This document shows, piece by piece, positions 52,707-60,000 of a stretch of DNA of 60,000 nt. Every line of letters begins with the position of its first letter. Position 1 is the stretch's first letter. Origin of the DNA: Laetmonice hystrix. Lineage: Eukaryota. The position numbers and the translations under genes are program-made. The notes under the pieces are model-generated. The model was not told where the DNA came from. It did not search any database and saw nothing but the letters and a program-made list of their open reading frames with translations. The DNA is taken from NCBI GenBank assembly GCA_965235115.1, contig OZ249436.1, forward strand, positions 7,256,001 through 7,316,000, written 5' to 3'.

Positions 52707-52923
52707 ATCAACTGGTTAACCTAACATAGCTGGAATATTGGCCCGATAGGTGGGGGGAGGGGGCTGACAGGCGACACTCGTGAGTTTAGCTCTCCGACCG
52801 GCGGAGATCAAGGCCAGGTGGACCGTGCCGCTGACTCTTCCAATCAGTCACCGTACACCTGGGTCGGCGTCACAGGGCATACAAACGGGGCCAGGTCGGG
52901 ATGTATCCCGGTCCCCAGGCCTC

Positions 52924-53268
52924 GCCCCGGCCCCAGCCCCCAGCCCCCAGCCCCCGGCCCCAACCCCCGACCCCGGCCCCGGCCCCGGCCCCCAGCCCCC
53001 GGCCCCAACCCCCGGCCCCCGGCCCCCGGCCCCCGGCCCCCGGCCCCGGCCCCCGGCCCCCGGCCCCCGGCCCCCGGCCCCAGCCCGCGGCCCCCGGCCC
53101 CCGGCCCCCGGCCCCCGGCCCCAGCCCCCGGCCCGCGGCCCCAGCCCCCGGCCCCCGGCCCCCGGCCCCAGCCCCAGCCCCAGCCCAGCCCCCGGCCCCC
53201 GGCCCCCGGCCCCCGGCCCCCGGCCCCCGGCCCCCAGCCCCCGGCCCCCAGTCCAGCCCCCGGCCCCC
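52924..53268 (-). repeat. G-rich simple repeat (GGGGGCC/GGGGCC/GGGGCT)n with G-quadruplex potential
   Basis: The plus strand is a mosaic of ggccccc, ggcccc and agcccc units over ~345 bp. Confidence 0.95.
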
Positions 53269-53790
53269 GTGGCAGGGGCCCGGGTGGTGAGAACACATCC
53301 CCGTGCAGGTAAGTGCCTCCGACTATTAATAATGACACCCCTCACTTGTCACCCCGCCCACCTGCTGCGGTGATCAAAGATGACACCTGGAATGACTGGA
53401 AGCACACCTAGATGCGCAATATCGTAGCCTCCTCAGCCTCCCACCGACCCACAACAGCCCGAGCTATGTACTTACATTCCTTTAGAGATTGTTGAACCCT
53501 GATAATACAGGGATTCTAGGTGAGAGGTCACAACACGCCACAACGCCCAGGTGTGCCTTCTCCCGACTCTCCACCTGGGACACAATGCTTCCCTTTCTAC
53601 CACACAAGCAGGGAAATCAAAGACAGTATTTCATACAAATCCGTATCTGTTTCTTTATTTTTGTAAACATCCAGACGAACTGGTACAAGTCGGGTCTACT
53701 TACCGTCGAATCAAATACTGACCAGGCATTCATGTATGAATATACGAAGAAGGAGAAGAAGAAGAAGGAGAACACCGTATATTATTTATA

Positions 53791-54056
53791 AGGAGTCCAG
53801 GGTAAAGGGCCATAACTTCTCAACCTGTTCAGGTAGGAGTCCAGGTATAAAGGGCCATAACTTCTCAACCTGTTCAGGTAGGAGTCCAGGGTAAAGGGCC
53901 ATAACTTCTCAACCTGTTCAGGTAGGAGTCCAGGTATAAAGGGCCATAACTTCTCAACCTGTTCAGGTAGGAGTCCAGGGTAAAGGGCCATAACTTCTCA
54001 ACCTGTTCAGGTAGGAGTCCAGGTATAAAGGGCCATAACTTCTCAACCTGGTCAGG
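53791..54056. repeat. 44/45-bp alternating minisatellite (89-bp dimer x3)
   Basis: aggagtccagg(gt/tat)aaagggccataacttctcaacctgttcaggt starts at 53791, 53835, 53880, 53924, 53969 and 54013. Confidence 0.96.
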
Positions 54057-54164
54057 TGCACGTGTCCATCCTCTATGGCCCGTGACGGTGTGCGGGTTTT
54101 ACGATCCGGCCTGCCGACCGTAGTCACGACCGACCGTCACACTCTCCGCCCAGGCACCCTCACT

Positions 54165-54284
54165 CACACATCAACCTACCAGTACCGCCGCCACCCATGG
54201 CACCCACACATCAACCTACCAGTACCGCCGCCACCCATGGCACCCACACATCAACCTACCAGTACCGCCGCCACCCATGGCACC
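54165..54284. repeat. 40-bp minisatellite, 3 copies
   Basis: (cacacatcaacctaccagtaccgccgccacccatggcacc)3. Confidence 0.93.
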
Positions 54285-55053
54285 GCCTCATGCCTGAGTG
54301 GGTTCCACACTTCTCTCAATGTCCGAGTCAATATTTGTCTCCTAGCCGTGGTCGACCCCATGGTAATATTGTCATCAAACTAGGGAGTAAAACTAAAAAT
54401 CTATAACTACCCTTCGTCCTAAACCGACTCCCGCCTTAAAACAGAAACCGGGGTATGGGACAAAATAAAGAGTTTATTAAAATCCCGGCACTGATGACAT
54501 GTGGTCGCTGTCACGTGGTCACTGACGGGGCGGCCATTGGAGGGCACTCCCCGTCTCCGTAAAAGTCTTTTAACAGTCCCAGTTAAAATCCCCCAAAACG
54601 TATCCCTAGCCTTGCCCGTAATCATCCCTCGGCCTCCCATGGAAAACTCACCATGGGGGGATAAACCGTACCCGCACCCAGGGGGGCTACTGACCAGCTG
54701 TTGGCCCACTTCGTATCTCACCCCTACAGTTAACCCCGGCCTCCAGTCCCTCGTGAACCCAGGGTAAACCCATCCCATTCCCGGCGCAGCCACCGACCTG
54801 GATCTCCCTCGACCCTGTGGGTGTCCACCCGGGGCATGTATAGGAGAAAATCATCTGTAGGAAATGTATAGAGGCACTGAATGGCAGTGACCCGTACAAA
54901 CCATAAATATACCTACTTGGGACATAGTGAGGTAAGGACGCATCTCACCTGCCAGGTGGGAAACTGTCATGATTGATAGTCCTTAGTGGTCAACTGGAAG
55001 TTTAACCAAAAAGTACGGTCTTCAGATGCTGAACCACGTTTACATCTGACTTG

Positions 55054-55683
55054 CATAAGACCTTCTCTTTCTCAATGACTGTTGAGGGACTTCAGTTACT
55101 TCAGAAAGACTCCTGACCGACTGGTGTAAAACTTTCTGATCCCTGAGCAGTGCTGACAGCCAGGTCAGGAAGGACCTTTCATAAGACCTTCTCTGTCTCA
55201 ATGACTCTTGAGGGACTTCAGTTACTTCAGAAAGACTCCTGACCGACTCCTGTAAGACTTCCTGATCCCTGAGCAGTGCTGACAGCCAGGTCAGGAAGGA
55301 CCTTTCATAAGACCTTCTCTTTCTCAATGACTGTTGAGGGACTTCAGTTACTTCAGAAAGACTCCTGACCGATTCGTGTAAGACTTCCTGATCCCTGAGC
55401 AGTGCTGACAGCCAGGTCAGGAAGGACCTTTCATAAGACCTTCTCTGTCTCAATGACTGTTAAGGGACTTCAGTTACTTCAGAAAGACTCCTGACCGACT
55501 CCCGTAAGACTTCCTGATCCCTGAGCAGTGCTGACAGCCAGGTCAGGAAGGACCTTTCATAAGACTTTCTCTTTCTCAAGGACTCTTGAGGGACTTCAGT
55601 TACTTCAGAAAGACTCCTGACCGAACCTGTAAGACTTCCTGATCCCTGAGCAGTGCTGACAGCCAGGACAGGAAGGACCTTTC
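55054..55683. repeat. 126-bp tandem repeat, 5 copies
   Basis: cataagac(c/t)ttctct(t/g)tctcaa recurs at 55054, 55180, 55306, 55432 and 55558. Confidence 0.96.
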
Positions 55684-56046
55684 TTGTTCTACATAGACTG
55701 CCTGGCAGCTCATGGTATTTCAGCTATCAAATCCCCGTTAGTGATCCACTAAGTTACTCAGGCACTAAAGATGGGGCACGACACTAACTTTACCCATAAA
55801 TATGTCGGATTCGGCCACGTTACATGTCGGTAACCAGTGTTATGCTATAGATGCTCGTCTTTTCTAACTGCAGTTTTCACAGTGCCTTCAGTGACCCCTG
55901 CACCAGGTTCCCACGCCACACCCTATAAATTGTTTCCTATCTCGGTCGGTATTATGTGGAAGCCAGCAAGCTAACCTGAACTGACTTCCCAAGCCCTGGC
56001 AATGCTTTGGTTACAGTCGAAAGGTTCCAGTTGACAGCTGGGGGTC

Positions 56047-56519
56047 TCCTGGGCAGATGCTGGGGCCGATATTACATTTGTACACGTTCAAGTCTTTCCT
56101 ATGTCCCCTGGACAGATGCTGGGGCCGATATTACATTTGTACACGTTCAAGTCTTTCCTATGTCCCCTGGACAGATGCTGGGGCCGATATTACATTTGTA
56201 CACGTTCAAGTCTTCCCTATGTCCCCTGGGCAGATGCTGGGGCCGATATTACATTTGTACACGTTCAAGTCTTTCCTATGTCCCCTGGACAGATGCTGGG
56301 GCCGATATTACATTTGTACACGTTCAAGTCTTCCCTATGTCCCCTGGGCAGATGCTGGGGCCGATATTACATTTGTACACGTTCAAGTCTTCCCTATGTC
56401 CCCTGGGCAGATGCTGGGGCCGATATTACATTTGTACACGTTCAAGTCTTTCCTATGTCCCCTGGACAGATGCTGGGGCCGATATTACATTTGTACACGT
56501 TCAAGTCTTCCCTATGTCC
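56047..56519. repeat. 59-bp minisatellite, 8 copies
   Basis: (ctgg(g/a)cagatgctggggccgatattacatttgtacacgttcaagtctt(t/c)cctatgtccc)8. Confidence 0.97.
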
Positions 56520-57244
56520 TCTAGTTTCTCACGAGTTCACTCCGGGGGAAGATGTGACAGTTACCAGCATAAAATGTAGATTGAACAGAGTTGGAAATTT
56601 CTATGTTCCAAATTGCGAGATCTAACTGAGACAGATGATAATCCTAGTGTGTACAATATTTATGTCGGTATTTGTCTGAGTGTCTGCGAATAGCACAAAC
56701 AATCAAAGACTCAAATGTTGCTAATCTAAAGTTGACATCTTGGTCAGCAATCGGACCCCTCTCTCTATTTCCCGTTACCAATGACAGAAATCTACCATAC
56801 CGTAGGCCACCAACTGTACATTCATCAATCTCGACTTGACTCAGTTATCACACCAATCAATGTCATTCCGATACGACATTTAACATCTTTGACCCCTGTG
56901 ACGTCAGAGTGCATCATTTCAAAACCCTGACTGTCTAACCTCATCCCATCCAAGTCAAGTCGATCCTGCCCTGATGCCCGTCTTGGACCATCTGTGGAGG
57001 GTCTACCATCCTAGTCATTCCCGCGGCGTACGCGTGCTGCCACCTGCCGACAGTGACCCACATTAGCACAAGGTCAAGGTGACCACAGTCCTACCTCTCG
57101 TCCTGACCCAGTGTATCACAGTGGGGTCTCGTGTCTTCTGTAGAAATTGAAGGCAGATAACGCCCTCTGTGGTTTCATTCGCTCTCCGCCTCATTTCCCT
57201 TCACCTGCCCTTCGCCTGCTGCTTGTCTCCCCGCCCCTATCGGA

Positions 57245-57335
57245 CTTTCTAATTACGTCCAGCTGACCCTGACTGCACTTATTACATCCAGCTGACCCTG
57301 ACTGCACTTTCTAATTACATCCAGCTGACCCTGAC
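57245..57335. repeat. ~28-33-bp tandem repeat, 3 copies
   Basis: attac(a/g)tccagctgaccctgac occurs three times. Confidence 0.85.
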
Positions 57336-58782
57336 CGGGCAGATTCACAACTCCTGTCCCGAACATAGCCAAACCCAGGTACTTCCAGGCTAATAATGGA
57401 GTCACAGGCAGAACGTATGGATCATCCGGCTTAAAAGGTGAACAGTGGACCAACCAATCTTTATGTATGATAAACAAACGACATGGGGTCACCCAACTAC
57501 TTTTGGTATGTTGCCGGTTTGATGTCTAAGGGCGGGTAGAAGTCATTTATTTAGGAGATTCATATGGAGTACACTGTTTTTATAATGAGGAGTGATAACA
57601 TTCAGCCTTTGCCATGAAAAGTTTTAAGAAAGAACTGTTTCCTATAATCAGCCCTAACCTAAAACAACTTTCCGTACATGTAAAAGGTAGTACCAGTTTG
57701 TATGAAGAGCCAGTCCCACTCAACATGCGGTGCTGCCTAACTACATGCCTTTCCGACCAGCTGGAAGGTACGCCGTGCAGGAGGCCTGATGACCTTCCCC
57801 CTAGCGGTGACCTCTGGCCTCACGGCATCCTTCCTTTGAAGTCCCCCCACTAACTTCTGCTGCTCCTGACGCTAATGACAAATACTTCCGGACGCTATTG
57901 ACTGAGACGCTGGCGTCCCATCAGTAGAATACCCTACACTGATTGGAGTAACGTTGAATCGTTGGAACATCATCTTATGTAACACTGACCAGGCAGTAGC
58001 TGCCCCCAAGGGTGGTACGTTACAACACTGCCATTAAGGTAATGGCTTCAAGCAATGAGGCTAATAATACTACTGCTAAATGGATCAGTGTAATGACTTA
58101 TAGCTGAAACAATATCTTACGTCATGTTGGATCAGAAAGATCCATGTTCGAGGAGACCCGTCTGATGCTGCGGTAATCACCATAATTTATTAAACATTAA
58201 ATAGACTATGTTTAGTCGTAGCCTTCTGGTAAACACGTTGTCACTTGGAGCACAAGAGGCGCAGTGACCAGCAAACCCTTTCATTGCATTCTTATATTCG
58301 GATTATTTCTCCAATGGTGCAGACTCCTGAAGAACCTTCACACGTGTAAGCCTTCGAGGTGTCCTATGCCGGGGTGTGGGACCCCAACTTGTGCCTGGCA
58401 CCATGCTGGGCTGGAATCCATAATAGTCTACTTACACTTCTGAGGCAATCTACCTTGGTGATCTAGGGAGGGGCTGCCTGTGGCTAACAGTGGGAGTCTG
58501 AGCCTATAGAGGAGTACATAGATCAGGACAGAGACCGACGGCAGCACGCCGCCTCTTCCTGTCGTGTACGACCGTCAGCAAGCTGGGGTCAAACCAAACC
58601 GGGCCACGACTGATGGTCTGACCGGCCTGCCTGTCACTGACACCTGTTTTAACATAACTTAATTACACCTGGAACCAAGGTCATCATACTAAGTCTTCAG
58701 TAATACAGGTCACAGTCAGGCAGCTGTATCAGAGGTGAAACTCACATTTCGTGATCGGAGGTTTACATGCACAACCGGTACA

Positions 58783-58985
58783 TTTTGACCGTCAAACTTT
58801 GCGAATACTGGGAATTTACAATTTGACCGTCAGACTTTGAGAATATTGGGAATGCTCAGTACAATTTGACCGTCAGACTTTGAGAATATTGGGAATGTTC
58901 AGTACAATTTGACCGTCAGACTTTGAGAATATTGGGAATGTTCAGTACAATTTGACCGTCAAACTTTGAGAATACTGGGAATGTT
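58783..58985. repeat. 43-bp minisatellite, ~5 copies
   Basis: (caatttgaccgtcagactttgagaatattgggaatgttcagta)n. Confidence 0.93.
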
Positions 58986-59466
58986 GGTAACATTTAATGG
59001 ATCCTAAAATAAACCGCTAACAAGACAGGTTTGCGAGCGTCAGACTTTCTCTACACCCAATATAACCCGACTCGTGTCAACATGGGGGCATTCTCTGGTA
59101 GGGCACCGCTCTTTCCGTGACCTTCACACTGTGACAAATAACAACCAAGGTCAAAGTCCGGTCGGCATGCAACCTTCCATCATGATGGTGCTCAGGTAGG
59201 GGTTAGCTGTGACTGGTGTGGGTTATTACCTGGTGATTAGCTACAACAAGCCAAGCAAAGCCGGCCTGTTGAGAGCCCGCATCGAACTGGCTTTATGTAG
59301 GATTCCGTTACCACTCGTTACATTACGCCCAGCCACTGGGGGCTGCCATCGCCATGCGGCTACCTTGATAGATCCAGGTAATCGTGTCTGAAAACTCATC
59401 TCTCTTCTCCTTCATACACCATCGACTCGTGATAAACAGACTCCTCATGCACAAGGTTAACACCTT

Positions 59467-60000
59467 ATGTTGTGGGAAGCTCTCTACACATTACTGCAGG
59501 ATCTATCCCACATGTTGTGGGAAGTTCTCTACACAGTACTGCAGGATCTATCCCACATGTTGTGGGAAGTTCTCTACACATTACTGCAGGATCTACCCCA
59601 CATGTTGTGGGAAGCTCTCTACACATTACTGCAGGATCTATCCCACATGTTGTGGGAAGCTCTACACATTACTGCAGGATCTATGTGGGAAGTTCTCTAC
59701 ACATTACTGCAGGATCTACCCCACATGTTGTGGGAAGCTCTACACATTACTGCAGGATCTATGTGGGAAGTTCTCTACACATTACTGCAGGATCTACCCC
59801 ACATGTTGTGGGAAGCTCTACACATTACTGCAGGATCTACCCCACATGTTGTGGGAAGCTCTACACATTACTGCAGGATCTATGTGGGAAGTTCTCTACA
59901 CATTACTGCAGGATCTACCCCACATGTTGTGGGAAGCTCTCTACACATGACTGCAGGATCTACCCCACATGTTGTGGGAAGTTCTCTACACATTACTGCA
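59467..60000. repeat. 45-bp minisatellite with 43- and 36-bp variants; runs off the right edge
   Basis: (atgttgtgggaag(c/t)tctctacacattactgcaggatcta(t/c)cccac)n. Confidence 0.96.

Noticed and set aside
52780..53373. Pro-rich and Gly/Arg-rich ORFs (collagen- or extensin-like)
   Set aside because: By-products of a stop-free GC simple repeat that is open in all frames.
53476..53717. Two possible minus-strand micro-exons (53704-53717 and 53476-53498) with GTAAGT donors
   Set aside because: Neither splices to the phase-1 terminal exon without a stop or frameshift, and neither encodes the DD(L/V)xxILI motif expected just upstream in MRTF.
55040..55453. 42-aa repeat ORF from the 126-bp array
   Set aside because: There is an in-frame TAA in the adjacent unit, and no splice sites link it to MRTF.
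59384..59950. Cys-rich repeat ORF (THYCRIYPTCCGKLS)n that looks like a metallothionein or keratin-associated protein
   Set aside because: It is the translation of a 45-bp minisatellite whose 43-bp variants shift frame, and it is antisense to the host intron.

Overview
Eukaryotic (metazoan) genomic DNA with GT-AG introns. It is probably an invertebrate bilaterian, but the species cannot be read from the sequence. From left to right: (1) 1-9235 is the end of an ~850-bp satellite array with a 4247-bp five-monomer higher-order repeat. Its terminal monomers carry deletions, a TGT...ACA insertion and a dense cluster of TA-N3-8-TA micro-insertions that look like transposon excision footprints. (2) A 15-coding-exon + strand gene (14131-23957, ~773 aa) encodes an RNA-binding protein I cannot name: acidic N-terminus, CHCC zinc-ribbon-like exon, two RRM-like domains and an RS/RGG tail. 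Upstream of it lie a Kolobok-like MITE and a 1.2-kb foldback element built from hairpin modules. (3) A four-coding-exon LYRM1 gene (27768-31972), absent from the ORF track. (4) The last exon of a myocardin/MRTF-family gene on the - strand (46372-47345). Its upstream intron (>12.6 kb) is crowded with unrelated minisatellites, including a sense-strand (GGGGGCC/GGGGCC)n tract. All gene models were spliced and translated by eye; no database search was possible. Most ORFs in the supplied track are artefacts of repeats.
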